Of a stretch of DNA of 64,000 nt, positions 1 to 11,599 are shown one piece after another. The position numbers and the translations under genes are program-made. Each line of letters starts with the position of its first letter. Position 1 is the stretch's first letter. Origin of the DNA: Antedon mediterranea (Eukaryota; Animalia; Echinodermata); NCBI RefSeq assembly GCF_964355755.1, contig NC_092674.1, forward strand, positions 11,656,001 through 11,720,000, written 5' to 3'. The notes below the pieces were generated by a model. That model had not been told where the DNA came from. It was given only the letters and a program-made list of their open reading frames with translations, and did no database searches.

Positions 1-229
1 AAGATACGTATCTATCATCATTCGTTATCGACCTAGTATAAACAGGCTTTTATCCTTATAAGGGTGTGCGTGCGTTGGACTACTGTTTGTGAGATTGTGG
101 GGTTGAACACATGGGTACTTGGTAAGGTCAAGACACAACTTTGCGCTGATTACTAGCTACATTATGGGAGTATGACTGGGGTAAAAATATCTACAGAAGT
201 TGCTATTGTTAGTTCATTTTTATACTTGG

Positions 230-497
230 TGACCTCTTCAGTCAAAGACTGATCTCCCAGAGGGCCCAGTTGGTGATCAGTGGCAGTGATGTACTAATAC
301 ACCGGGGTAACCCCCTACTTGTCTCGAAAGATGTACTAGGTTCTTTTAAATGCACACGAGACCTACGGTTTATAGTCCTTATCCGAGAAGACTCGTTCTA
401 CCACCAGAAACATGGAGTGAGTGAGCCTCGAACTCTTGCCGATGTTATGGCTACGTAATTACGGTTCCACTGTCTTAACCGCTCAGCCACTCACTCA
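230..497 (-). mobile_element. tRNA-derived SINE (core resembles the Deu/Nin-type domain)
   Basis: Minus strand has A-box TGGCTGAGCGG and B-box GTTCGAG, then core GGATAAGGACTATAAACCGTAGGTC...AAAAGAACCC...GTAGGGGGTTACCCCGG. Related copies at 4664 and 8346. Domain name recalled from memory; 3' limit approximate. Confidence 0.7.
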
Positions 498-593
498 CAC
501 AAGTTCCAGGTTTAACAGCATTAGGCGCTTTATAAATCCAGGTTATTATTATTATTAAACATAATAATGAATTTGCATGAATACTTGAGTCAC

Positions 594-809
594 CTGGCAA
601 ATGTTCTAGTTTTTCTAACAATTCATAATCTTCTTTTGTAGCTCTTGATCGGCAGCTACCATCTGGATGAATTGGGAACAAATCAGTGTGAAACTCTGGA
701 AATGTTTGATCAGGGTTTAGTGACCTTGCTGTGACCCTTGAAAGAAGATTTCCAAAAGTGTCTGCTAATTCCGCATTTAAAATGGCTGCAATTTTCTCTT
801 CCTTATAAT
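594..809 (-). CDS. MARS2: MARS2 exon (start of anticodon-binding domain)
   Basis: [18 protein letters not shown]. Confidence 0.9.
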
Positions 810-3800
810 CTAATGAATAAACATAAATGTTAATATCACTGAAAAGAATTAAAGTTTTCATAAAAAAAAGCAAATTAATATCAATATTCTTACCTCCGTC
901 AGAGTGTAGTAGATCTTCACGTAGCAGACAAAATCGAAATCCATCGCAAGTTAATTTCTTAACGCACTCATTTGGATCAACAACATTACCAATACTTTTC
1001 GACATCTGCGAAGAAAGAAATATATGTAGAGTTTAGAAGGAGTCACACGACCAGTTTCTGTGGAGCGACTTCACTATTATTTTAATTGATATCAAATATT
1101 ATTGTATTTGTTACCTTTTTATTGGTTGAATAAATGTTATTATACACACCGGCGGTATAGATTCTTGTCATTTGATTAGAGGATTGTGAGTCACATGACA
1201 TTCAATAAATACCCTGGCCAAGACGACAAGAAAAAGGCCACACCAGAGAGGGTGCAATATTTGTACTAGTTTCCGGCAAAAGGGGAATGCTTCGTGACAG
1301 GGTTTGCGCTAACATAGGTGGCTAGTTTTCATTGATTTAAAGGTAGAATCAATTTAGCGATGGGCTTAGCATCCAGTATTGCTAAAATCTCTGCTAAAAT
1401 TATGCGATAAATTGTGACATTTTGACACTGGACAGGCAAGGAACTACTACTACTTAAACTAATAATTTTCACCCCTTCATTTCTCACGCTTGTGCTACCA
1501 AATCCTCGGAAATATACCCCATAACGCTGCACCTCCTCATATTTTCCCACACCCACAAAAATATACCGCGTAAATGCAGCACCTCCCCATATAAAAATAT
1601 TTAAGCGTAACCACCCGGGATAAATACTCTATTAAACTCTCACATCATCAAGAGTGCAATTTCAGTATATGCAGATCATTCTTGTTACACAGTGAGAGGC
1701 CTTAATGTAGTAAAGAAATCTTAAACTGACCTTTGAACCGTCTCTCGTCCAATGTGAATGGCAGACGATGGATGCAGGAGGTTCCATACCAGCAGCCATC
1801 AGAAAAGCTGGCCAGTAAATAGCATGAAATCTAATACAAAAATCATTCTAATAAAATGGTCTATTTATCTATCTGCACAATGTAAATTCTGAAGAGAGGC
1901 TAGCAGTATAATCACTAAATCCAGAGAGTATATATTGCATGACCTTTGACATTTATGTTGTGCTGTCTCATTGGTTGCATAATATGTATTTTATTTAGAG
2001 AATTCCTTAATACAGAAAGTGATCAGACCTCTAAGAAGCAATACTGCCAAACTGATTGAAATAGGAGATAATACAAATGTTTATAATTAAATTCATTCCT
2101 GCCAAAAATGATCAGAAAACGTAATAAACCACCCACACTATCAAACTAATTTGACAAAAAAGTGTGATACGCCCAAATTATGGTGGTGATATGACATCAT
2201 CATGTCCATATATGGATACTTCACATTTGTTGTCACATAAAGTTTGATAGTGTAGACAGCGCTTAAAGAGATCACGTCCAATTAATAAGCCACTCCCCAG
2301 GGACTCTTTGTCAGACTTCCTAGTGGCGTATTTTACCACAAAGTACCAAGTTGGTGGTGGGTTGTAGTAATACCAATTCTTAGTAAAGAAAAAGTGCATG
2401 GTTTATCCTTTTTAATGATGGTTAATAAAATAAAATAAGTCAATTATTAGATTGCTTATATTCTTTCATCCGTTTTAACTACGGTAACGGTGCGTAACAC
2501 ATACTTTAATATATCCTTGCCAATGATATGAGTGGCTGGCCAAGAGACTAGTTTATCTGGATATCCACTCACAGTCAGATAATTAACCAGAGCATCAAGC
2601 CACACATATATCTACAATAATAAAAATGGAATATTTTATGAAGCAGCTACACATACTAGACAGAATATTTAAATCAAAACATTGGTGAAAAAAAAACCAT
2701 TTTATAATAATCATATAAAAAATGTTTTCAGAACATTTTATTACACCTACTTTAAATTTGTCAAATCTGATTACAATTGGAAAGATCCTATCACAACAAA
2801 AAAGGGATTCTGTCTACGATATACTGTAGTGATGGTGCATTAAACGTTTATTTGAACAATCAAATACCACACACAACATAAGAGGGGCTTGGATGATTGA
2901 CAAATTTTAGTTTAATGTGTTTAATCATTTTTATGATTTTAAAATAATCAGTATTTCTTTTTAGTTAAATTTGATCAATTGTGTCTGTTAAAACTTCACT
3001 TTTCCTCTTAAATTTGACCTTTCAAAGTACCGAAATAAAATTCTGAAGAATAAACAAATTGACGGTTGTAGCATAGCAAATAGTATGAATTTAACAAATT
3101 GACGGTTGTAGCATAGCAAATAGTATGAATTTAACAAATTGACGGTTGTAGCATAGCAAATAGTATGAATTTAACAAATTGACGGTTGTAGCATAGCAAA
3201 TAGTATGAATTTAACAAATTGACGGTTGTAGCATAGCAAATAGTATGAATTTAACAAATTGACGGTTGTAGCATAGCAAATAGTATGAATTTAACAAATT
3301 GACGGTTGTAGCATAGCAAATAGTATGAATTTAACAAATTGACGGTTGTAGCATAGCAAATAGTATGAATTTAACAAATTGACGGTTGTAGCATAGTAAA
3401 TAGTATGAATTCAACAAATTGACGGTTGTAGCATAGCAAATAGTATGAATTTAACAAATTGACGGTTGTAGCATAGCAAATAGTATGAATTCAACAAATT
3501 GACGGTTGTAGCATAGCAAATAGTATGAATTTAACAAATTGACGGTTGTAGCATAGCAAATAGTATGAATTTAACAAATTGACAGTTGTAGCATAGCAAA
3601 TAGTATGAATTTAACAAATTGACAGTTGTAGCATAGCAAATAGTATGAATTTAACAAATTGACAGTTGTAGCATAGCAAATAGTATGAATTTAACAAATT
3701 GACGGTTGTAGCATAGCAAATAGTATGAATTTAACAAATTGACGGTTGTAGCATAGCAAATAGTATGAATTTAACAAATTGACGGTTGTAGCATAGCAAA

Positions 3801-6800
3801 TAGTATGAATTTAACAAATTGACAGTTGTAGCATAGCAAATAGTATGAATTTAACAAATTGACGGTTGTAGCATAGCAAATAGTATGAATTTAACAAATT
3901 GACGGTTGTAGCATAGCAAATAGTATGAATTTAACAAATTGACGGTTGTAGCATAGCAAATAGTATGAATTTAACAAATTGACGGTTGTAGCATAGCAAA
4001 TAGTATGAATTTAACAAATTGACGGTTGTAGCATAGCAAATAGTATATATTTAACAAATTGACGGTTGTAGCATAGCAAATAGTATGAATTTGTCTCAGC
4101 CAGAAGACAAAAAAAGAACTGTTATAATGTCCTGTCATTAGCTAGCCTTGCTAGATAATTGATATATATATATAGGTAACTTTATTTCCAAAAAATGTAA
4201 CAAAACCACGCACTGCGGATTTACAAAATCTGATAAGTTCTTACATGCATGCCTCTTACAACAAAAAATATAAAATAACGTAAAAATTATGATTCAAAAT
4301 AACAAAAGCCACTTATTTCTGTTATTACTTATGTTCTGTTAGATTATTGATAAACATTTAAAATGCTAAATAGACATTTCGAAAACTGTATTACATTTTA
4401 CAATTATAATAAGATATTGCTAAAGAGACATTTTGCCAATTCAGAAACAAGTTATAGTACTAACCGTTTGGGAAGGATCATTCGGAACTTGTATTCCCCA
4501 CTGTAGACGGTTCCGTTGACGGGATACTGATAAGTCTTGTAACCCAGCTTTAATCCACTCTCGTACAATGTCAGCAAACATGCTTGGATAAATCGCTACA
4601 AATATAACATATAGATAAATATAATAATGAAAATGTCAATAAAGATCCGGCACAAGTAACAAAGGGAGTGAGTGGCCAAGTGGTAAAGGCAGTGGATCCG
4701 TAATACACAGCCATAATATTGGAAAGGGTTCGAGGCTCACTTGCTCCTTTGTTCTGATGGTAGAACCGAGTATGTTTTTTTTAAAACCTCTGTGTACTAG
4801 TTCAAACAAAAACAGCCACTGTCTTAAGTGGGCCTTCTAGATCAGTGATAATCAATTTGTTGATTATGGAACTTGCGACTATGAAGATGGCAACAGATTT
4901 AATTAATGTATATTGAATTTAATATATATATATATAAAGGGAAGTGAACTAGATGATGTCTCTCATCTTTTCTAAGAGTGTTGAGCTGCCACCAAAGCAA
5001 TCATCCAGTCCATGACAGGGGCTGATGTGGGTCATGGAAACCCTTACTTATACAGATACACTAGGCACTGCACCAGATGTGTACACTGGAAGTTCATATC
5101 AAAGAAGACTTGTTTTACCAACAGAACTATGTTTTGAGGAGGACTTGAACCTGTGCCCATAATAATGATTTGGTTTACACAAGTGCTGCTGTCTAACCTA
5201 AGCCATGCCTGTTCGTAATCTTTGTAGTAAACCCTTTCTTCATGTTAAATTTTCTCGTGTCAATGTTTGTAAAAATGGTATTTTCTGTAGACTCTCGTCT
5301 TTGTACAATTCATGTCTTTTAAAAAATAATTCTTTAGATATCTTTAACTGTAATTTCTCTTAATTTAAATGTATTATTAATGAAATTATTTAAATAATCT
5401 TATTTACATTTTTGTATATATTTATTTTGGCTTATATTTATAGTTTAGTTATTTTATTTTCAACCTGTTATTGGTGTTTTACACTGTTGGCTTGAAATAA
5501 AGAATAAAGAATAAATAAAATAATAATAATGGAATTTACTAGTGAATGAAATATAAATATTACATTAACATAATTACACTCATGTACCTCTCTTATTATT
5601 TTCAATCCATTCCAACAGCTTTGATTCAAACTGACTTAATCGAAACATGTAGTTGTGTTCTGTTGTCCAATGCACTGGATGGCCACTTTCTACAGACAAC
5701 TTAAACAAAAAATAAAAACAAAATCAAAGACGCATGTCCCAAAAACATGAAGAAAAAAAATGTATAAAACTTTGATTAGGCAATTTTGTAGCTTTAATAA
5801 AGTTAATATCGATTTCGTCTATGAAAAAGACAAAATAAACAGATCAAATTAAAACCAGACAATGGGCTTTTGGTTTACTATTAAAAAAAATGCAGCTTTA
5901 TCAGGGTAAAAATAATTTGTTTCTACAATCCTATGTTTGGTTTTAAAAGCAAATAAATATTGTATTATAACACATGTTGACTGATTGTGTATGAAAATCA
6001 ACCTGTAGTTTGCCGTCTATAATTATTTACATAAAATCAAATGGTTTAGGCCTTGTTAAAAATATGTGCTTTATAAAACAAATAATGAAGGTTTTTTACT
6101 TGTAAAAAGAAACAAATCACTTGATTTGGTGAAAGATAAAATTTGATATTTTGAGTTCATGGAATTATTTGTAACATTGCACTCAAAAACATTCATTACT
6201 TGTATGAGAATGCCTTTCTAGCAATGTTATATCTAAATTGTATTAAACTCCCTTGTAAATAATCTTAAATAAGAAATCTACCTTTCCGTCTGGTGTGTCA
6301 ATAACTTGAGAAGGTGTCAAAAATGATTCATCTGAAGTGCTGTACCAGCCTTCATACTTGCCCTCATAAAGGTAGCCAGCTGAATATAACTTGTTCTACA
6401 AAAAGATATGGATACAATTAACAATGTTAAGTATGGGTGTGTACAGTAAGCAGGCCTTAAAATCAGTCTTAACATAATCCTAAAATGCCTCTTAGAGGGT
6501 CCTATATACCAAACCTTACCAATTATAACCAAGCCCTACCATTATGAAGTGTAAATTATACAAAATAGGATATGTTTATAGAGTGTTACTGTTAATTGCA
6601 TTTTCATTTAACAAAATCAAACTTTTGAGGCAATTTTGGTGTTAAAAATGTTAAATAATTGATCAGCCTTGAGAATGTTCAATGCGTCAGAAATGCGTCA
6701 ACTAGTATGTTTGCGTCGACATATGACGGAAAATGTTGATGAGATTATTAACATTAATTTTCAACATTTTTTACAACAAAATCGCTCTAAAAATGTTAAC

Positions 6801-9800
6801 TTTATTGATGAAAATGCAATTAACACTCTAAATAGATACTATTTTTTATGATTTACATTGTCTGGTTGGTAGGGCTTGGTTTTAGGAGGACCCCTTCTGA
6901 GATGCTAGATAAATACAAACAGCACACATAGTACCCCAGGAGTGGAGTTGTGGGTTGGTGGTTATGATGCTTGGCTACCATTCCAAGGGTCCTGGGTTCA
7001 AGTCCCGTCACATATCAGGATTTTTTCTAAGGACCAAATTACAACTCCACTCCCAAAGACTTTGTTTATGTAGAGCATCTTGTGTATATATTTGTCTTGT
7101 GAACCTCTGAGGGTCCCTGATGATCAGCATTAGCTGGATGGATCACCCTCAATAAATATTTTTTGAAAAATGTGTAACACACCTCTGTGAAAGTACATAA
7201 TATAATAAGGAACAAATGAGGCCTTGTGTTTGAATATTGCAGGTGTGTTACAAATTGCACTTATCAACACTATCAAACTTAGCTAAATTTATTCATGAAA
7301 TTTTGTATTTGTTTTAGTTAGATGTTGCTTTTCGATATATCATTATGTATAAGACCAAATATTTATGTCTGGAAGTGATTAGTTTGTTTTGGTATTATAT
7401 TAAAAGAATGTTCTTTCATACCCTGAAAAAGGGTAGATAAAGAAATAAAGAATCATTATCATTGTCATGTACTGTGGGTGTGCTGTTTATAACTTGATGA
7501 AGTTTAAGTGTGAAGTAAATCACACTGGGTGGTTTGATCACATTTCCACACCTCAAAAGACAAGGCTTGCAAAAGAGGCCTACAACATAATTATTACTGA
7601 CTTATTTTGAAGCTTCACAGTGGTGAATTATTATTTTCTTACCTCACTGAGATACTAACCCAAAAATGTTCAACTGCCTTTTGATGACGATGGTCAGTTG
7701 TCCGCACAAAATCAGTGTATGAAATCTCACAAAGGTCAAATATCCTCTAAGAAAAAATTAGAAAACAAATGAAAAAAAAATGAAAATAAGGGCCAGTTTT
7801 GTTTTGATACCGAAACTAAAATAAACTAGATTTGAATTTATGGATGAGTTAGGTTCTGTCGTGCAAATGCCATGTTCACGTCATACGCACAGAAAAATAA
7901 TTATGCCATTGTGACCTAATGAAAATAAAATGTTGTTAGTTATATATACAGTATACACTATATACACTACATAGAGTGCAGCATAGTTGAAAATAACGGG
8001 ACTGCCTTTTATTCCAATTTTTAACATAATGACGTCATCAAAACTGGAAAATAGAAACTTTGTTGCGGATAACCAATGAATATTGATTAAATAACAAATT
8101 TTATTCCAGAAAGGTGAAGCTTTATCTACAAACACTAGAGTTAACTCTGTTCTATTCAGGCCTAAGCGGCAGTAAGTACTTGTTTGATGACTTAACTCTG
8201 TTATACATCTGTGTCATTGACACCAAACTCTGACAGGTTTTGATACCTGGACAAGAAAGTTAATTCTGAGAGGCTGCAATTTCATAAAGACATTAGTGTG
8301 CAAACATGTAGCTTTAAGGGTTGTCAAACTTAAATGTTTAATGTTATGTGAGTTATATCAAGTGGTTAAGACAGTGGAAGCGTTATCTATTGCCACAATA
8401 TTGAGGCTTACTCAATCCATGTTCTGGTGGTTAAACAATAAAGGATATTGATAAGGACTGTTTGTGTGCACTTTAAAGAAGCGAGTACATCTTTCGAGAC
8501 AAGTAGTTATCCTGTTGTGGTAGTTCACACGGGAGAGCGCCATAGTTGCATGCACTAATGAGACATGACCCTTAAGCGTGGTTCTCAGCGCAACAATGTA
8601 TCAACACAAAGTGCTGTATTGCTTAATCACAAGTGGGAACCGATGACGCAATTATAGTGCTGCAAACATCGCATGTTTGATTTCATGCAATTATTAGAAG
8701 GGCATTTGCTTACGTTACGTAGATTGCGTTACGTTGCGTCGCCAGTGGGAACCATGTTTTAGGGAAGAAGCATGTAATCAACAAGTGTAAAATCACATTC
8801 ATTATGCAAAGCGCATTTGAACCTGTTTATTCATGAAAAGAATATGGTATTTATTTTATTATACGAACAAATTTTAATTTAAGTACTTTGAAATCTGATG
8901 ACACCTTGTCACAAAAGATCTTGGGTTGACAATTATGGGAATCTGCCGATTGCTGAACCTTCTGTCCATGCTCATCTGTTCCAGTTGAGAAGATTGCACC
9001 TGTGTCTCCACATATCACTTGCCATCTGTGAGTGACATCAGCAAGAAGAGCAGAATATAGATGACCAATGTGCGGTGCTTTTTAAAAAAAGATGAATTAT
9101 TTATAATGTAACAATACAGTTAGATATACTAATAAATAAGCGGATTCTAATAATTTAAGCAGGCTGCTATAAATACCAGAATGCATAGAACATGGATTGA
9201 TATTTTTCTTTTGTATCTGTGATGCACCAAATTTTGATTGATTGTGAATGAAAACAAATAAAGCGAAAATATGGGGTCTTCTATAATTTGTATTAACAGA
9301 TTCTGCCAAAAAAAGAAAGACAATAATTAATTCAGCAATTAGACAATTTTAGGCTAGGTCTATAATAGCTGGTCTACAAAGTCCATACGTTACAGCTTTT
9401 TAAATGTCTTTAAGTTTTTAGTTTCAGCAAGGTAAATAATTGTTAATATCAATTTTAATTTATTTTATTCCTCAAGAAAAACTCTTATAACAATACAAAT
9501 AACCAACAAAATAGAAGTAGTGCTGAGGAGGGTCAAAAGGTCAAAAGGTCAAAAGCATAGAGACTACAATCACTGGAAAATTCAAATTCCAGAATATTGT
9601 AAAGGATTTGGTCCAGCGCCCTGAGAAAAATATCATGAGCGTTGAGCATGCTTTAACACTGTTGTCAAGTGAGGTCATTCATGCTCACTGTTGATTCGTC
9701 AAAAGAAACAAAATCTACCATTTCTGGAAACAAATGGATATTTTGATCCATCGCTCAAAAATTCGGAGTCCAAATCAGGTACGAAATCAAATCAACCATT

Positions 9801-10168
9801 TTCCACAATTTTTTTCTCAGAGAATTGGACCGAATCCAGGCATGATGTTAAAACAGCTGACGAGCAAAAATTAGTGAAATGGTCCCTGCATAAATATGTA
9901 TTATAAATTGTCATATTGAATCAGTGGCGTGACGCAGTGTAGGGCCAAAAGGGAATGATCTCTTGCATGCTGTGAATGAAACTAATGTACTCATGTACTT
10001 ACATGCATTTACATAGAATATTGGAGTTGTTATGAAAGATGACTGGTGTTTGAATCGTGTTAGAATGCCAACAGCAACAATTTTGTCAACTTTTTTTAAA
10101 GCACCGGATTTTAAAACTGTTGACACACCAAGAAGATTTGACCAAAAATGCATGGTTTGCAATAACAT
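594..10168 (-). CDS. MARS2: Methionine--tRNA ligase, mitochondrial (spliced; 3' exons lie before position 1)
   Basis: Coding exons 10168-10003, 9077-8887, 7746-7660, 6395-6282, 5699-5588, 4595-4465, 2611-2505, 1830-1731, 1005-894, 809-594, all GT-AG with matching phases. Translation contains [17 protein letters not shown] (HIGH), [49 protein letters not shown] and K/MSKS. Short N-terminal extension consistent with a mitochondrial presequence. Start Met inferred. Confidence 0.95.
894..1005 (-). CDS. MARS2: MARS2 exon completing KMSKS
   Basis: [11 protein letters not shown]...[10 protein letters not shown]. Confidence 0.92.
1731..1830 (-). CDS. MARS2: MARS2 exon
   Basis: [18 protein letters not shown]...[10 protein letters not shown]. 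Confidence 0.92.
2134..2264. mobile_element. PIF/Harbinger-like MITE
   Basis: TIR (TCT)ACACTATCAAAC ... GTTTGATAGTGTAGACAG; same family at 27727 and 43838. Confidence 0.65.
2505..2611 (-). CDS. MARS2: MARS2 exon
   Basis: [18 protein letters not shown]...HIIGKDIL. Confidence 0.92.
3052..4092. repeat. 40-bp minisatellite, about 26 near-identical copies, in a MARS2 intron
   Basis: Unit TTAACAAATTGACGGTTGTAGCATAGCAAATAGTATGAAT, head-to-tail without spacers. Confidence 0.98.
4465..4595 (-). CDS. MARS2: MARS2 exon
   Basis: [26 protein letters not shown]. Confidence 0.92.
4664..4830 (+). mobile_element. tRNA-derived SINE, diverged copy
   Basis: GGAGTGAGTGGCCAAGTGGTAAAGGCAGTGGATCCG...GGGTTCGAGGCTCAC, alignable to the 230-497 copy. 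Confidence 0.65.
5588..5699 (-). CDS. MARS2: MARS2 exon
   Basis: [24 protein letters not shown]. Confidence 0.9.
6282..6395 (-). CDS. MARS2: MARS2 exon
   Basis: [31 protein letters not shown]. Confidence 0.9.
6940..7060 (+). mobile_element. tRNA-derived SINE head (second family)
   Basis: TGGTGGTTATGATGCTTGGCTACCATTCCAAGGGTCCTGGGTTCAAGTCCC has A/B-box-like motifs but a poor acceptor stem. Confidence 0.5.
7660..7746 (-). CDS. MARS2: MARS2 exon
   Basis: [29 protein letters not shown]. Confidence 0.9.
8346..8520 (+). mobile_element. tRNA-derived SINE, degraded copy
   Basis: GTGGTTAAGACAGTGGAA...GATAAGGACT...GTACATCTTTCGAGACAAGTAG shared with the 230-497 copy. Confidence 0.6.
8575..8760. mobile_element. 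Harbinger-like MITE
   Basis: Imperfect TIRs AGCGTGGTTCTCA / TGGGAACCATGTT flanked by TTA. Confidence 0.4.
8887..9077 (-). CDS. MARS2: MARS2 exon with HIGH motif
   Basis: [19 protein letters not shown]...[13 protein letters not shown]...DFK. Confidence 0.93.
10003..10168 (-). CDS. MARS2: MARS2 first coding exon (exon extends 5' to acceptor at 10198)
   Basis: MLLQTMHFW...[11 protein letters not shown] followed by GTAAGT donor. Confidence 0.85.
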
Positions 10169-11599
10169 GCGAGTATCTAATGATGGTACAGTACACACCT
10201 AAAATTAACAAAAATAAAATAACATTATGGTACTGAAAAAAAAGGTATACTAAATATTATTTATTTTGTTTAGTTTGCCTATATACCATTATTATTGTGA
10301 GCCTAACTAGACCTCTCTCTAGGTAAGGTAGGCTAATTATTGACTAAACTTTGGACAGACAGTAAAGGGGCGACATTGCTTTTGTTTTGGGCAACTTTCT
10401 TTGCTATTATAATGGGGCGACTTTGCGATGGGTCAACTGTTTTTTTTTGGCGACTTCACTGGATCCCAGTCCTGGTCCTTCTACTTGGCTATACTAGTGT
10501 ACTGTGTAGCCCTAGTTTAGTGGGTAGGGTAGGCTAGACCCTGCACCCCTAACTATAGCTAGGCCTAGCTAGCCCTCCCTATTATACTAGCTAGGCCTAC
10601 TTACTAAAAGGCCTAGCCTCTAGTCTAGAAGACCCTAAGCCAGGCCTATAGCCTACTACTATAGTACAGGTCGGCGCTACTGCAGTTTCGCACCACACCA
10701 TTATATCTTTGATTTCTCACCAAAACTTTCCTTTTTCACACTCACAACATAATATTATGCAACATGTTTATACGATTCGACCACTTACGAAGTAATTTTT
10801 GTTAAATAACAATACTTTTCAAAACATTTTAAACCATACTGAACTCGCTGTCAACACACTGCGAAATGTTCGCCATCTTATCACTTAATTGCCAGAATGT
10901 ATGCATCATTTTCCCCCAAAAATGTAGAAACTATAGAAGGCAGTGTTATAAAATTCGATTACACATATTATAGGCCTATTTAGTTTTGAAAGGCAAGAAA
11001 TGTTTTCAGCTGGCGAAATAGAGGTTAAATTAATATTTCATTATTAGTATTATTATTCATATTAAAAGGTCCTATCAATGTTTTATGTACGGACTCATAT
11101 CGTCGCCGTTTTGATATGTACAGCTGGTTCGTGATAAAAACCACTCTTTGCAGTTTAAAAATAAAAACAGAAAATAAAACATTGATTTCTGCTCTTGCAA
11201 TTTTCTGATTCTAAAATGGCCACAGTGAGCTATATTTCCTATACCATCCTGGCTAGTTGAGAATTCTCAACTATTTTATGTTTTTTTCTACCTTTCTGGA
11301 AAATGATATAATCCAAATTGTATTAATACTACCAGTAGTAAACATTTAGAAACACTTGCATACCTTCACTAATTTTAGTTGTTTGTAGTTTAAGACAATC
11401 TTAGTGATATTTAAATGAAAACAATACGATAAAAACTATTGTGTCTGTATTTTACAAGACTATGACTTCCGTATAACGTGCATTGTGGGTACTTCAATTT
11501 TTATAGAAAAGCTAGGGAATCCTAATTTAGTAGGCAGCATATGGGGGCGGGGCAACCAAACTTGCTTATCAAATCAAAGCACAGTAAAGCAAAGGATAA

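Noticed and set aside
475-1005. Single 176-aa protein
   Set aside because: Two MARS2 exons joined by an in-frame 84-nt intron (810-893) plus intron read-through
3052-4092. CRISPR-like array
   Set aside because: No unique spacers, no cas genes, and it lies in a spliceosomal intron
10746-10876. Coding first exon of MARS2
   Set aside because: The ATGs checked either stop early or splice out of frame with the next exon; at most a non-coding exon
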